A stretch of DNA of 64,000 nt from an uncultured Anaerolineae bacterium (GTDB lineage Bacteria; Chloroflexota; Anaerolineae; VGOG01): assembly GCA_964510205.1 (NCBI GenBank), contig CAZEBW010000004.1:3638-67637 (forward strand), in the 5' to 3' direction. Position numbers and translations under genes: made by a program. Under the pieces are notes generated by a model. It saw only the letters and a program-made list of their open reading frames with translations, made no database searches and was not told the DNA's origin. Shown piece by piece: positions 38,889 to 49,276 of the stretch (position 1 is its first letter; the number at the start of each line of letters is the position of its first letter).

Positions 38889-40990
38889 GCCTCGTCAATC
38901 AGGTGGGTGAAGATGGTGTAATCGGTGTCCATCTCTGCCTCAGCTCGCCAGTAGAGGGTCAGGTGGATCTCCTCGTCTGGCCTAAGCTCGACTTTGTCCA
39001 CTTTGTATCCGATCAGAGTGACCTTGTTATCCAGGTTGAAATCCAACGGGTTATCAATCGCTACCTCCCGACGTTCTCGCGGGAGCATCTTCAACTGACC
39101 GATGACGACGCTTGGGGGATCAAGTTTTGAACCAGTGGTGGGGTCGTAGTGCCCCACCTCAACTCGCACGAGGCTGGGCGCTTGGGCGTCCTCGCTGATG
39201 GGCAGCCGATAGGCGTCGGCGATGATCCCCCCTGGGGCCCACAAGCTGGTGGGATACGAACCCCAACCGGGATAGGTGTCCTCAGATCCCACTAGTTCGC
39301 CCCCGCGCCCCAGCAGGTGGATAAACAGGTAGTAGTCCTTCTCCTCCATCTCCGCCAGCCCCTGCCAGTAGAAAGTGACGCCCAGCGTCTCGCCCGGCCT
39401 GACCGTCTCTCTATCTAGTTTGAAACCGAGCAGTCGGATTTTCTCTCCAAAATCGTGGACCACCCCTGGCGGGACCTCGCTGGGGGAGACGATGGGCGGC
39501 CTGGCGTAGGCAGGGTGGATGTAGACAAATGGACAGAGGGCGGCGAAGGCGAACATGGCCAGACCTATCACCGTCACCAGGATGTTAACGTATCTCCCAG
39601 ATACCAGTTGGCTCAGGCCCAGCATCAGCAGGACGGATATGGCGGAGATGGCGGGAAATAGCAGCCGTCCCTGGCTGGCGGGCGTCGTCCACGTCCAGCG
39701 AACTAGTCCCGCGAAGACGATGCCCAGCCAGAGGATGAGGACAAAGAAACCAGGTTTTTCCCGTTTCACAGTACTTCCCTGGGCGTTTGGAGTGTTCGTA
39801 AACTGGTGTGTTTTGGGTCCAAAGGATGCGAAAAACCTGGTTTCTGACAACCAACGCCGTCTCACAAACCAAATCCCCAAGCCCACCAGGGCCAGCAAGC
39901 TTACCACGTCCAGGATGGCGTAGGCGGCGGGCGCAACCAAGATGCTGAACCAGCCAAACAGCGCCCAGAAAGACATGCGCAGGCCCCGAAACTCGCCCCA
40001 CAGTTCTGACAGATTCGATGGCCCACTATCTCGGCCCACCACGGCCAGCATGGCGTTGAGGCCGGTCGGGTCCCCGTAAAGCTGCCAATTCCTGACGTAC
40101 CACCAGCCAGCCACCGCCAGCACTACGGCAAGGACGATCAGCCCCCCGATCAACGGCCTCGCCGACCGGCGGCGGTAGGCTTGCACGACGAGGACGACGG
40201 CGGTCAAGATCAACAGGCCCAGGCCGCTGAGCTTGGAGAGGCAGGCCAAACCTAGGACGAGGCCCAACAACACGTAATACGCAATACGCAATACGAACAG
40301 GCGGCGTGTTGCGTACTGCGTATTGCGTATTTCGTATTGCGTATTGCGTACCAACAGAAGCAGCGTCAGTGACGATAGGAAGACCACTAGATTGTCGTTG
40401 TTGATGGAGCTGCTGATGAACAAGAACTGCGGGATGAAGGCGTTGATGGCTGCGGCGCCGAGGGCGAGGTGTTCGCGGTCAGGGAAGACCTCCAGAGCGA
40501 GTCTATGCGTCAAGAACACGGTGCCTGCCCCCAGGAGCACCGACAGCAGGCGGACGAGGTGCACCGCCAAAGCTGTGCCCTGAAAGGGGAAACTCTCCCG
40601 CCGGGTATGGACGATCACGTTCTTGTTGCCTGCATCCAGCGGCGTGCCGACGTTGCGCTGGGGATTGTACCAGAGTAGGTCCTCCGCCTCGCTGGTATCG
40701 CTCCAGAAAGTGGTCAGTGCGCCGATCAGGTAATACAGAGGCGGCTGGCTGCCCTCCTGCTCCCACAATCCCGGCTCTTCGGGGTTCTGCACCGGCAGTC
40801 CCTTCCCATCAGCAAGATGCTTGATGAAGAAGTAGTGGTAGATCTCATCGGGCGCCTCGAAGATGGGCGTGACCAGGCTGTAGGTGATGCCCAGGGCGAT
40901 GAACGTGGTTAGAATTAGGGTTATGGCCCAGTGTTGTCTCATAGTGCAAAGTCCTACGTCCCACGTCCTACGTCTCACGTCCGAAGTCAT
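38882..40990 (-). CDS. PMT/ArnT-like GT-C glycosyltransferase (GT39/GT83-like), paralog 1, with 2 C-terminal beta-domain repeats
   Basis: ~12 TM N-terminal domain with loop-1 motif FEAPDEIYHY; C-terminal repeats ...LTLYWQ...DYxxFxHL...; N-terminus and an internal site encoded by heptamer arrays. Confidence 0.6.
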   Translation of the reverse strand: MTSDVRRRTWDVGLCTMRQHWAITLILTTFIALGITYSLVTPIFEAPDEIYHYFFIKHLADGKGLPVQNPEEPGLWEQEGSQPPLYYLIGALTTFWSDTSEAEDLLWYNPQRNVGTPLDAGNKNVIVHTRRESFPFQGTALAVHLVRLLSVLLGAGTVFLTHRLALEVFPDREHLALGAAAINAFIPQFLFISSSINNDNLVVFLSSLTLLLLVRNTQYEIRNTQYATRRLFVLRIAYYVLLGLVLGLACLSKLSGLGLLILTAVVLVVQAYRRRSARPLIGGLIVLAVVLAVAGWWYVRNWQLYGDPTGLNAMLAVVGRDSGPSNLSELWGEFRGLRMSFWALFGWFSILVAPAAYAILDVVSLLALVGLGIWFVRRRWLSETRFFASFGPKTHQFTNTPNAQGSTVKREKPGFFVLILWLGIVFAGLVRWTWTTPASQGRLLFPAISAISVLLMLGLSQLVSGRYVNILVTVIGLAMFAFAALCPFVYIHPAYARPPIVSPSEVPPGVVHDFGEKIRLLGFKLDRETVRPGETLGVTFYWQGLAEMEEKDYYLFIHLLGRGGELVGSEDTYPGWGSYPTSLWAPGGIIADAYRLPISEDAQAPSLVRVEVGHYDPTTGSKLDPPSVVIGQLKMLPRERREVAIDNPLDFNLDNKVTLIGYKVDKVELRPDEEIHLTLYWRAEAEMDTDYTIFTHLIDEAA
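40268..40347. repeat. In-frame inverted heptamer arrays (CAATACG x3 / CGTATTG x5) inside a GT-C CDS
   Basis: taatacgcaatacgcaatacgaacaggcggcgtgttgcgtactgcgtattgcgtatttcgtattgcgtattgcgta; encodes RNTQYEIRNTQYATRR. Confidence 0.85.
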
Positions 40991-41035
40991 TGACTTAGGA
41001 CCTCGGACTTAGGACCTAGGACTATTCTCACTTTG
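40921..41035. repeat. Inverted heptamer arrays (GTCCYAC x4 / GGACYTAG x4) spanning a GT-C stop/start junction
   Basis: gtcctacgtcccacgtcctacgtctcacgtccgaagtcattgacttaggacctcggacttaggacctaggac. Confidence 0.85.
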
Positions 41036-43332
41036 CTCAACAGGATTCGGTTGCCCATCAGCCGGCCGTCCTGGTCGAGGAGGTCTAAGCGATTCCCGGT
41101 CTCAGCCAGGTAGAGCCCCACCTCGATCTCGTAGACGTCGGGAGGGGCGTCGGGGGCGATGTCTAGCTCGTATTGGTCCACGACGATTTGCCCCCTGGCC
41201 CAGGCGGAAGTGGAAGGCTGCGGCTGGCGGTCCGCTCCTGCCCAGATCTGATCTCCCTCTCTCAGCAGGTGGACGAAGACGGTGTAGGCGTCCCTCATCT
41301 CGGCCAGGCTCTGCCAGTACAGAGTAAGGTGGATGGCTTCGCCCGGCTCGGCCTTTCTGCGGTCCATCTCGTAGCCCACCAGGGCGATCTGGCCCCCAAA
41401 GTTGAAATGCACCGGATTGGGCAGCCCGGTTTCGGACCTGGGCAAGACCCCGATTTTCCCGAAGCGCACGTTATCTCCCGCAAGTTCTCCATTGGCCCCG
41501 TACACGGGTAGGCGTTCGCCCGTCGCAGCGTCGTAAGGCCCCACCTCCAGTTGGGCCGAACTGGGGGCGTAGGTCGTCTCTGGCAGCGTCAGGGTGTAGG
41601 CGTCCGCGATGGCGTCGCCGGCCTGCCACAGCGTGGTAGGGAAGCTGCCCAGTCCGGGGAAGGTGTTCCTCTGGGCTATGACGAGATCGTTTTCGTCCAG
41701 CAGGTGAACGAAGACGGCGTAGTCCCGGTTCATCTCGGCCAGGGATTGCCAGTACAGGGTGACGGTTAGCGAATCGCCGGGTTGCAGGTTGTAGGTTGTA
41801 GGTTGCAGGTTGTAGCCCAGCAGCTTCATCACTCCGCCGAAGTTCATATCCAGGCGATTTGGGATGGCCTCGATCTGTTCGGGAGAGAGCAGGGGCGGCC
41901 TGGCGTAGGCTGGGGCGATGTAGGCCACGGGACAGATGCAGGCGAACACGAACATCGCTCCGGCCAGCAGGGCTGTGGCCTTGCCTCGCCAGCGGGTGGG
42001 AATGAGTTGTAACCATCCCAGCAGGGGCAGGATGGCGAGGGACGCAGTGGCTGGGAAGAGGTGCCGCCCAGAGGGTGCAAAGACCCACTGCAGCCAGCGC
42101 AGCAGGGCGGCGAAGACCAGTAAGCTCCACAGCAGGAGCAGGGCTAAGCCCTGCCATGTGTCATTGCGAGGAGCGGAGCGACGAAGCAATCTCCTCCTTG
42201 CGGCTTGGGGATTGCTTCGCTTCGCTCGCAATGACACATCCGTGAGTTTGGTCCCGTTTCTAACGACTAGAACTAACAGCCCCAGGGCGCCCAGGCGCAC
42301 CACAATTCGCAGGACGGTGTAGATCCAAGGGTGGACGTGGACATTGCCCCAGCCGAAGGCGGCCCAAAAGGACAGCTCCATCTGAGAGAACTCGTGGATC
42401 AACTCGCCGAGGGTGAGCTGCGGCCGGCCGGGGCCCACGATGGCTTGGTGGATCTGCACCCCCAGCGGGTCGCCGTGCAATCGCCAATTCAAAGTATACC
42501 ACCATCCGGCTACGATGGCAACAACAGCAAAGACGATCAGGCATGCCTTGAGAAAGGCCCACCCAGAGCCTCTGCGCCAGGCGGCCATGGCGATGGCCAC
42601 GACCGCAGCAGGCAGCAGGGCCAGCGCGCTCGCTTTGGTGATGAGGGCCAATCCCACGGTCAGCCCCAGCCAGACCAGACGGCGGGTGGAGAGGCCCCTT
42701 CTCCTCAGGCGGACCATGAGCCACAGGGCCAGGGTGCACAGGGCCGACACTGCGCTGTCGTTGCTCACTGCACTTGATATAAAGATGAACTGCGGATTGA
42801 AGGCCACCAGGCCCGCTGCACCAGCGGCGAAAGAACGTTGCCGGGGGAACAACTCCAGCGCAATCAGATAGGTGGCCAAGACGGTGGTTGCTCCCCAGAG
42901 CACCGACACCAGGCGGGCCATACGAACGGCCAACACCGCGCCGCGATAGGGGAAGCGTTCCTCGTTGGTGTGAAGCACTCGGTTTTTGTTGTCGTTGACC
43001 GTGCCAGGCGCGCTGTAGCCCCAGAAAGGATTGAGCCACGCCAGGTTCTGCCAATCGTCGTCTTCGATCCAGAACGTAGCCAAAGCCGCCGTGACATAAT
43101 ACAGTGGGGGCTGGGTGGCCTCCTGTCTCATCAGAGGCTGCGTTTGCGCCAGGCTCTGCACCGGCAGACCTTTCCCGTCGCCCAGCCATTTGACGTAAGG
43201 GTAATGCCACAACTCGTCGGGCTTCTCGAAGAGGGGCGTGGCTGCGTTGTAGGCGATGCCCAGGGCGAAAAACGCGGTTAGGATTAGGATGATGGCCCAA
43301 TGTTGTTTGATGGTCCGAGGTCCCCTATCCAT
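40987..43332 (-). CDS. PMT/ArnT-like GT-C glycosyltransferase, paralog 2, with 3 C-terminal repeats
   Basis: FEKPDELWHYPY loop motif; contains in-frame GGTTGTA repeats (TYNLQPTTYNLQP) and the palindromic element (SLRAKRSNPQAARRRLLRRSAPRNDT). Confidence 0.6.
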   Translation of the reverse strand: MDRGPRTIKQHWAIILILTAFFALGIAYNAATPLFEKPDELWHYPYVKWLGDGKGLPVQSLAQTQPLMRQEATQPPLYYVTAALATFWIEDDDWQNLAWLNPFWGYSAPGTVNDNKNRVLHTNEERFPYRGAVLAVRMARLVSVLWGATTVLATYLIALELFPRQRSFAAGAAGLVAFNPQFIFISSAVSNDSAVSALCTLALWLMVRLRRRGLSTRRLVWLGLTVGLALITKASALALLPAAVVAIAMAAWRRGSGWAFLKACLIVFAVVAIVAGWWYTLNWRLHGDPLGVQIHQAIVGPGRPQLTLGELIHEFSQMELSFWAAFGWGNVHVHPWIYTVLRIVVRLGALGLLVLVVRNGTKLTDVSLRAKRSNPQAARRRLLRRSAPRNDTWQGLALLLLWSLLVFAALLRWLQWVFAPSGRHLFPATASLAILPLLGWLQLIPTRWRGKATALLAGAMFVFACICPVAYIAPAYARPPLLSPEQIEAIPNRLDMNFGGVMKLLGYNLQPTTYNLQPGDSLTVTLYWQSLAEMNRDYAVFVHLLDENDLVIAQRNTFPGLGSFPTTLWQAGDAIADAYTLTLPETTYAPSSAQLEVGPYDAATGERLPVYGANGELAGDNVRFGKIGVLPRSETGLPNPVHFNFGGQIALVGYEMDRRKAEPGEAIHLTLYWQSLAEMRDAYTVFVHLLREGDQIWAGADRQPQPSTSAWARGQIVVDQYELDIAPDAPPDVYEIEVGLYLAETGNRLDLLDQDGRLMGNRILLSKVRIVLGPKSEVLSQ
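42157..42238. repeat. Palindromic repeat element, copy 2, inserted in frame inside a GT-C CDS
   Basis: atgtgtcattgcgaggagcggagcgacgaagcaatc...gattgcttcgcttcgctcgcaatgacacat. Confidence 0.75.
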
Positions 43333-43583
43333 AGTCCATAGTCCTAGGTCCGATGGAAGGCGGCCTCGGACCTAGCGCGATTTCACAAAACAGGCATTGA
43401 TTCTTGAGACAGCGTCCGCCAGGGGCTCCGCTGCGCTCAAGCCCCTGGCTCAGTCTACAAAGCCCCCGCTGGGGCTGGGGTCGTCAGGCCGCAGGCCTTT
43501 GTACCTGAGCCCGGCGGCTTCAGCCCCGGGCGGAGTGGCGGCGGAGTCAACCTTTGTTGTGTGATGCAGTGCTAGGCTTGGAT

Positions 43584-45926
43584 TTATTTGACTCGTACTT
43601 TGCTCAACAGCACGCGGTCGTCCAGCAGCCGCCCGCCCTCCCCCACGATTCTCAGGCGGTCGCCTGTCTCCGCCAGGTAGAAGCCTATCTCGACGTCGTA
43701 CACGTCGGCGGGAGTGTCGGCATAGATGGTAAGTTCGTATTCGTCCACTATCGTCTGGCCGGGCTGCCAAGTCGAAGTGGGGGACTTGCCGTCCAGGGGC
43801 CAGCTATCCTCTTGGGCCCAGATGCGGTTCTCTTCTCCCAAAACGTGGGTGAACACGGAGTAGTCTTCTTTCATGTCAGCCAGCCCCTGCCAGTAGAGGG
43901 TCAGGTGGATGGTCTCGCCGGGCGCGGCCGTCCGTCGGTCCATATCGTATCCGACGAGGGCGATCTTGTTTGCGAAGTTGAAGTGGACGGGGTTGGGCGC
44001 CTCTGCTTCAGCTCGGGGCAGGATCTCGAATTGGTGGAAGCGGACGTTGTCGCCCAGGGCCTCTCCATTGGGAGCGTAGGCCGACAGCCGCTCCCCGGTG
44101 TCGAAGTTGTAGAGTCCCACGGCCAGTTGGGCTTGGTTGGGGGCGAAGGCCGTCTCTGGCAGGATGAGGACGTAGCGGTTGGCGATGGCCTCTCCTGGCG
44201 ACCAGAGGCTGGTGGGATAGAGGCCCTGTCCGGGGTACATGTCTCGTTGGGCGACGATGAGCTCGGTTTGGTCGAGCAGGTGGACGAAGGTGCTGTAGTT
44301 CTCGTTCATTTCGGCCAGGGCTTGCCAGTAGAGGGTGACCTCCAGTGAATCGCCAGGTTTCAGGTGACTGGGTATTGGGTATTGGGTATTGGGTATTGCG
44401 TAGCCTAGCAGCTTGATCACTTCGCCGAAGGAGACGTCGAGGCGGTTGGGGATGGCCGCGATCTCTGCTGGTGAGAGGGGTTGGGGTTTGGCGTAGGCGG
44501 GGGCGATGTAGCGGAAGGGGGTGGCGGCGGCGATGATGAACATCAGGCTGCCCAGCAGGCAGGCCAGCGTTTTGGTGTAAGCGAAGCGGCGGTTTTTGTA
44601 AGCGAAGCGACGGCGTCGGGGCACGAACTGGCTCAGGCCCAAGAAGAGCAGGATGGAGAGGGCCGAGATAGCTGAAAAGACCAGTCGCCCTTGAGAGGAC
44701 CAGGTCAGCAGCGCCCAGCGGATCAGGGATATGAACACGATGGCCGGCCAGGCCAGCAGCAGCGCTACTTTGATCCAGGCCTCTGGCCGTGGTTTGTCTC
44801 CAATCAATTTGCGAATCAGGAAGGCGATCACCCCCAGGGCGGCTGCTATGGCCATGAGATTCAGCAGGTCGTAGACCCAGGCATCCATGGGCACGTTCAC
44901 CCCGCCGAACAGGCCCCAGTACGACATGGCGAAGCCCTCACGCTCCCCCCACAATTGACGGAGGGTGGCGGGCGGGTGGCGCCGGCCCAGAATGTCCAGG
45001 AACACGTTTAGCCCCAGGGGGTCGCCGTAGAGCTTCCAATTCCTGACAAACCACCAGCCTGACAGGAGTGCAGCCAGACCCACCACGATGAGGCCGCCTT
45101 GCAGGAGAGTTCGCCAGGAGCGTTGACGGTAAGCAGCGTAGGCGACGGTCAGGCCCGCCAGCGCCAGGAGACCGATGGCGCTCTCTTTGGTCAGGATGGC
45201 CAATCCTATGACCAGCCCCAGCCATGCCCAATCGCGGTTTGCGGTTTGCGGTTTGCGATTTGCGATTTGTGGTTTGCGATTTGTGATTTTGACCATCATC
45301 AGCAGGGCCAGGCTGCACAAGGGCACCACCAAGTTGTCGTTGTTGATCGCGCCGCTGACGAACAGGAACATGGGAGTGAAGGCGTTGACGGCGGCTGCGC
45401 CCAGGGCCAAGTCCTCGCGGCCGGGGAAGATCTCCAGAGCGAGCAGGTAAGTCAGCAGCACCGTGGCCGCTCCCATCAACACCGAGAGGAAGCGTATGAG
45501 GTGCACGGCCAGGGCCGTCCCATGCCAGGGGAAGGCCTCTTGTTCGGAGTGTATGACCAAATTGGTGTTGCCGTCGGCGGTCAGCACGCCGTTATCCACG
45601 TGGGGGTTGGGCCATAACAGGGGCGGCTGGCCGTGGTAGGCGTCGTCGGTGTCAATCCAGAAAGTGGCCAGGGCGCCCAGGGCGTAGTACAGGGGCGGCT
45701 GGCTCCCCTCCTGCCGCCAGGGCTGATCAATGCCGGGATCCTGCACGGGTAGACCGTGGCCGTCCGCCAGGTGCTTGACGAAGGGGTAGTGCCACAACTC
45801 GTCGGAGGCCTCGAAGATGGGTGTGACTACGCTGTAGGCAACGCCCAGGGCGATAAACGTGGCCAGGATGAGGGCGATGGCTAAAGGTTGTAGGTTGTAG
45901 GTTCTAGATTTTAGGGTTGCGTTCAT
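43584..45926 (-). CDS. PMT/ArnT-like GT-C glycosyltransferase, paralog 3
   Basis: FEASDELWHYPF motif; in-frame heptamer insertions at 44361-44400 (GGTATTG; AIPNTQYPIPS), 44575-44610 and 45225-45290 (GCGRTTT; KITNRKPQIANRKPQTANRD). Confidence 0.6.
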   Translation of the reverse strand: MNATLKSRTYNLQPLAIALILATFIALGVAYSVVTPIFEASDELWHYPFVKHLADGHGLPVQDPGIDQPWRQEGSQPPLYYALGALATFWIDTDDAYHGQPPLLWPNPHVDNGVLTADGNTNLVIHSEQEAFPWHGTALAVHLIRFLSVLMGAATVLLTYLLALEIFPGREDLALGAAAVNAFTPMFLFVSGAINNDNLVVPLCSLALLMMVKITNRKPQIANRKPQTANRDWAWLGLVIGLAILTKESAIGLLALAGLTVAYAAYRQRSWRTLLQGGLIVVGLAALLSGWWFVRNWKLYGDPLGLNVFLDILGRRHPPATLRQLWGEREGFAMSYWGLFGGVNVPMDAWVYDLLNLMAIAAALGVIAFLIRKLIGDKPRPEAWIKVALLLAWPAIVFISLIRWALLTWSSQGRLVFSAISALSILLFLGLSQFVPRRRRFAYKNRRFAYTKTLACLLGSLMFIIAAATPFRYIAPAYAKPQPLSPAEIAAIPNRLDVSFGEVIKLLGYAIPNTQYPIPSHLKPGDSLEVTLYWQALAEMNENYSTFVHLLDQTELIVAQRDMYPGQGLYPTSLWSPGEAIANRYVLILPETAFAPNQAQLAVGLYNFDTGERLSAYAPNGEALGDNVRFHQFEILPRAEAEAPNPVHFNFANKIALVGYDMDRRTAAPGETIHLTLYWQGLADMKEDYSVFTHVLGEENRIWAQEDSWPLDGKSPTSTWQPGQTIVDEYELTIYADTPADVYDVEIGFYLAETGDRLRIVGEGGRLLDDRVLLSKVRVK

Positions 45927-48900
45927 TGCACTTGCACCTTGCTCAACAGAATGCGGTCGCCGGGCAAAGGTTCGCCCTGTTCATCGAAAGCGGGAAGTCG
46001 CTGCATGGTCTCCAAATCGTACATCCCCACTTCGATCTGGTACTCGCCGGCCGGTGCGGCCGCGTCCACGATGATCTCGTATTCGTCTACCACGACCTCG
46101 CCGGGAAGCCAGCTCGTCGTCGGATGCGCGCCCCTCATGGGAAGGTTATCTTTTTGCCCCCAGGTGCGATTCTGGGCGTCTACGAGGTGGGTGAAGACGG
46201 TGTAGCTGGTCTCCATTTCTTGCTGTAAGCGAAGCGGCGCTTGCCAGTAGAGGGTGAGGTGCAGCGTGCCGCCTGGCTTCACGGTGGTCTTGTCGAGATC
46301 GTAGCCGAGGAAGGCCACCTTGTCAGCCAGGTTCGCTCGCAAGGGATGTTGGATGTCGGTGGGCGCGGTGAAAAGCCGCTCAGGGGCGATTACCGACAAT
46401 GTCGCCAGAGGTTGGAAGTCGGAAGTTGGAGATTGGAGGTTGGAAGGTTGAATTTTGAAGTTTAAGCTTTGCTCGCCCGTTGGAGCAGCGGCATCAACCG
46501 CCAGGTCGTATTGGCCGCGAATGACCTCGCCTTCCTTCCAGCGGCTGGTGGGGTATTCTTCGTTGGCCAATGGGAACTCTCCCCTGGCCCAAACGTTTCC
46601 CGTGCTGTCTTGCATCTGTAGATGAAGGCGGTAGTCGCTTTCCATCGAGCGCAGCGCCCGCCAGAAGAGCGCGGCTCGCATTGTCTCCCCCGCCCGCGCT
46701 TCGGTGGACGACAGGTCGTAGCCCAGGAGTTCCACCTGGCCGTCGAAGTCGTGACGCAGGGGGTGGGGGATGGCCAGCTCCTCGATGGTCGGCGGCACGC
46801 TGGGGCTGGCTACGGCGACTGTCCCCAAGGCGTACTCCGTACCCGCTGGCGCGTTCCTTTCGTCCAAGATGCGCAGGCTTTGCAGCGTGTCCACATCATA
46901 AACGACCAGCTCCACTTGATAGCGGCCCGGCGGGATGCCAGGCAGCAGGGAGAGGGTATGATGCCTCTCCACGATCCCGCCCACCTCCCAGGCATAGGTC
47001 GCCAGGCCGTCTTCGTTCTCCAGCCATTCGTCTGTTTGGCTCCAAAGGCGCCCCTGTTCGTCCACCAGGCGGAGGGAGAGGGCGTAGCCCTCCTGCATCT
47101 GCGCCTGGGTCTCCCACCGAAGGGCGACCCCCAACTGCTTTCTGTACTCGATGATGTCCCCGGTGAAGCCGTGGCCCGTCAGCCGCAAGCGGTTGCCGAA
47201 ATTGACGTTAGCCTGGACCTGGATGGGGCTCAAATCCAGGTCCAGAGGAGAGGTGAGGAGATAGCGAGAGACGGTGGTATGGGGAAGGGCCTCTCGGCCG
47301 ATGAGCAGGGCATGGGTATTCAGTTGGTAACTGATCCAATTGCCCATATCGCTTTCTGGGTAGGCCACGTACCATAGCTGTCGGGGCGCGGCGGACTCTG
47401 TTAGCTTGTCGGTCATGTCGGTCCAGCCCTGGCTATCGGAGACGACGTAGTAGGTCAGCGGCCCTTGATAATGCTTGACGAAGGGCGAGTCGGCGTCGAG
47501 CAGCACGACGTCGTCCGGCTGAGCCTGGCTCTCCAAATAGGCGATCAGCTCTTGGTAGTAAGTGTTGGGATAGATCCAGGCGTAGTCCACGCCGCGAATC
47601 TTGACCACGTGCTCTGGCTGCTGTTGACCGTGGAGAGCCGCTGTGACGGGCGAGTCTTGCTGCACATCGCTGACGTAGAGCACGGCGTAATCGGCGGTAG
47701 CTGTGTTGTGCTCCGTCAGTGCTTCCGTCTGGCCCTTGAACAGGGGGGCGAACCCTGGGATGTCCCAGGTGGCAACGCGAAGGTCTGTTGCATTCTCCTT
47801 TTGATTCAAATATCTGGCCGCCAGATCCATGCCCTCGCCCCAGCCCGCGGGCAGGATTTGGATGGCTCTGGATGTGCCGCCCAGCAGGGGGTTGGCGTAG
47901 GCCAGATAGTAGGGATGGTAGGGCAAGGCGAGAGCAGCCTGGAGGAGCACCACTAAGCTCAGAGCCAGCTCGATCCCCCATCTCCAATGCCTGGATAGGA
48001 AGGCTTCGATGAAATAGACCCACCCAACAGCGGCCAGGATGTCAAGGGCCAGAAAGGCGGGCAATAGATACCGCTCGAACTTCTTGGCCCCCACGGCCAG
48101 AGTGATCGTGACCAGGGAAACGTAGACGAGCAGGGCGAGTACCTCGAACCACTTCGAACCTCTTTTCTTTACGATGGCCCAAAATGCTGCTGCCAGTAGG
48201 CCCAGCCAGACGAGGGGCGTCGTCCTGAAGAGCAGGCTGAAGGGATAGAACCAGGGGCCTGGGTCGGAGACGGACTGACCGAGGAAGAAGTTGACGGGGT
48301 GAGGGGTGGCGGCGAAGCGGTGGGCGAGTCCGAAGGTGCCGCGCAGGGTCTCGACGGGAGAGACCCACATAGCTGGCCAAAGGGCCACAAAAGCGATAAC
48401 CGCTACCATGCACCACACCGAGAGGGACCGTAGCGAACTGAAAATCGGCTTGGCCCACGCCTGCCCTGAGCCTTGTCCTGAGGCCGCTTCGCCTACAGTC
48501 GAAGCGTGTCGCCGGAGGATTGCCGACTTCGTGAGACCCTCGAAGCTGAGCAAAAGGGCGGCGAAGGGTAGCAGAGCGAAGGCGGTGGCCTTGGTCAGAA
48601 AGGCCAGGCCGGCTAGGCACCCTGAGAGGCCGAGGTAAACAAGGGAGCGATTATGCCTCAGGTAGACGAGAAGGCTCAGGACGGACAGGATCATCAGGTT
48701 GGCCGCCGCCCCGTCGGTGTGGAAGACTCGCGAATGGGCCAGGTGGAAGGGGTCGAAGCAAATCAAGAGCGCGGCCAGGAGGGCCACCCTCCCCCCGAAG
48801 AGTTTCCTGGTCAGGAGGTATACCCCCACCGCGCTCGCTGCGCCGAGGAGAACGAGTGGGAGCTTGGCTGCCACCAGGAAGAGGGCCAGGCGGCGCAGGG

Positions 48901-49234
48901 CAGCTACGTTGTACAAATCAAGCGTGGCTAGCTGTTGCAGCCAGTTCCACTCGGCCGCCCCTTGCCCCAGCAGGAGCTGGCCGGCTGCCCCCAAAGCCCC
49001 GGCCCACATGATGGTCACCCCAGGCGCCCCCACCTGGAAGGTATCGGCGAAGCGCCCGCTCTCTATGGCAGAGAGGAAGCGGAGCGAGCGGTAGACCCAC
49101 ATTGGCTCGTCCCAGGTGATGAAGGTGTTGAGGGCCAGGATGCGGGGCAGCAAGGCCAAAACGAAAAGGCCCAGGCAGATGAGCGTTTGTCGCTTCTTGT
49201 TACGAAATCGCATTCGCCGCTGGCTCATTTTCAA
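45923..49234 (-). CDS. PMT/ArnT-like GT-C glycosyltransferase, paralog 4 (1103 aa, 3-4 C-terminal repeats)
   Basis: TWDEPMWVYRS loop motif, 12+ TM; C-terminal repeat domains; in-frame GGTTGGA-family array at 46420-46465. Confidence 0.55.
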   Translation of the reverse strand: MKMSQRRMRFRNKKRQTLICLGLFVLALLPRILALNTFITWDEPMWVYRSLRFLSAIESGRFADTFQVGAPGVTIMWAGALGAAGQLLLGQGAAEWNWLQQLATLDLYNVAALRRLALFLVAAKLPLVLLGAASAVGVYLLTRKLFGGRVALLAALLICFDPFHLAHSRVFHTDGAAANLMILSVLSLLVYLRHNRSLVYLGLSGCLAGLAFLTKATAFALLPFAALLLSFEGLTKSAILRRHASTVGEAASGQGSGQAWAKPIFSSLRSLSVWCMVAVIAFVALWPAMWVSPVETLRGTFGLAHRFAATPHPVNFFLGQSVSDPGPWFYPFSLLFRTTPLVWLGLLAAAFWAIVKKRGSKWFEVLALLVYVSLVTITLAVGAKKFERYLLPAFLALDILAAVGWVYFIEAFLSRHWRWGIELALSLVVLLQAALALPYHPYYLAYANPLLGGTSRAIQILPAGWGEGMDLAARYLNQKENATDLRVATWDIPGFAPLFKGQTEALTEHNTATADYAVLYVSDVQQDSPVTAALHGQQQPEHVVKIRGVDYAWIYPNTYYQELIAYLESQAQPDDVVLLDADSPFVKHYQGPLTYYVVSDSQGWTDMTDKLTESAAPRQLWYVAYPESDMGNWISYQLNTHALLIGREALPHTTVSRYLLTSPLDLDLSPIQVQANVNFGNRLRLTGHGFTGDIIEYRKQLGVALRWETQAQMQEGYALSLRLVDEQGRLWSQTDEWLENEDGLATYAWEVGGIVERHHTLSLLPGIPPGRYQVELVVYDVDTLQSLRILDERNAPAGTEYALGTVAVASPSVPPTIEELAIPHPLRHDFDGQVELLGYDLSSTEARAGETMRAALFWRALRSMESDYRLHLQMQDSTGNVWARGEFPLANEEYPTSRWKEGEVIRGQYDLAVDAAAPTGEQSLNFKIQPSNLQSPTSDFQPLATLSVIAPERLFTAPTDIQHPLRANLADKVAFLGYDLDKTTVKPGGTLHLTLYWQAPLRLQQEMETSYTVFTHLVDAQNRTWGQKDNLPMRGAHPTTSWLPGEVVVDEYEIIVDAAAPAGEYQIEVGMYDLETMQRLPAFDEQGEPLPGDRILLSKVQVQ

Positions 49235-49276
49235 CTCCGAGGTAATGCGTTTCTCCCGCTATTCTTGTGCCTGCTC

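Noticed and set aside
43332-43584. 250-nt intergenic region between GT-C paralogs 2 and 3 with a gccaggggc/gcccctggc hairpin
   Set aside because: No T-tract, no recognisable promoter hexamers and no similarity to other elements in the window; insufficient evidence for a specific call.
38882-49234. Assigning the four GT-C paralogs specifically as ArnT (lipid A aminoarabinose transferase)
   Set aside because: The organism appears monoderm-like and the loop motif fits PMT_2/GT39-type enzymes equally well; only the family-level call is kept.
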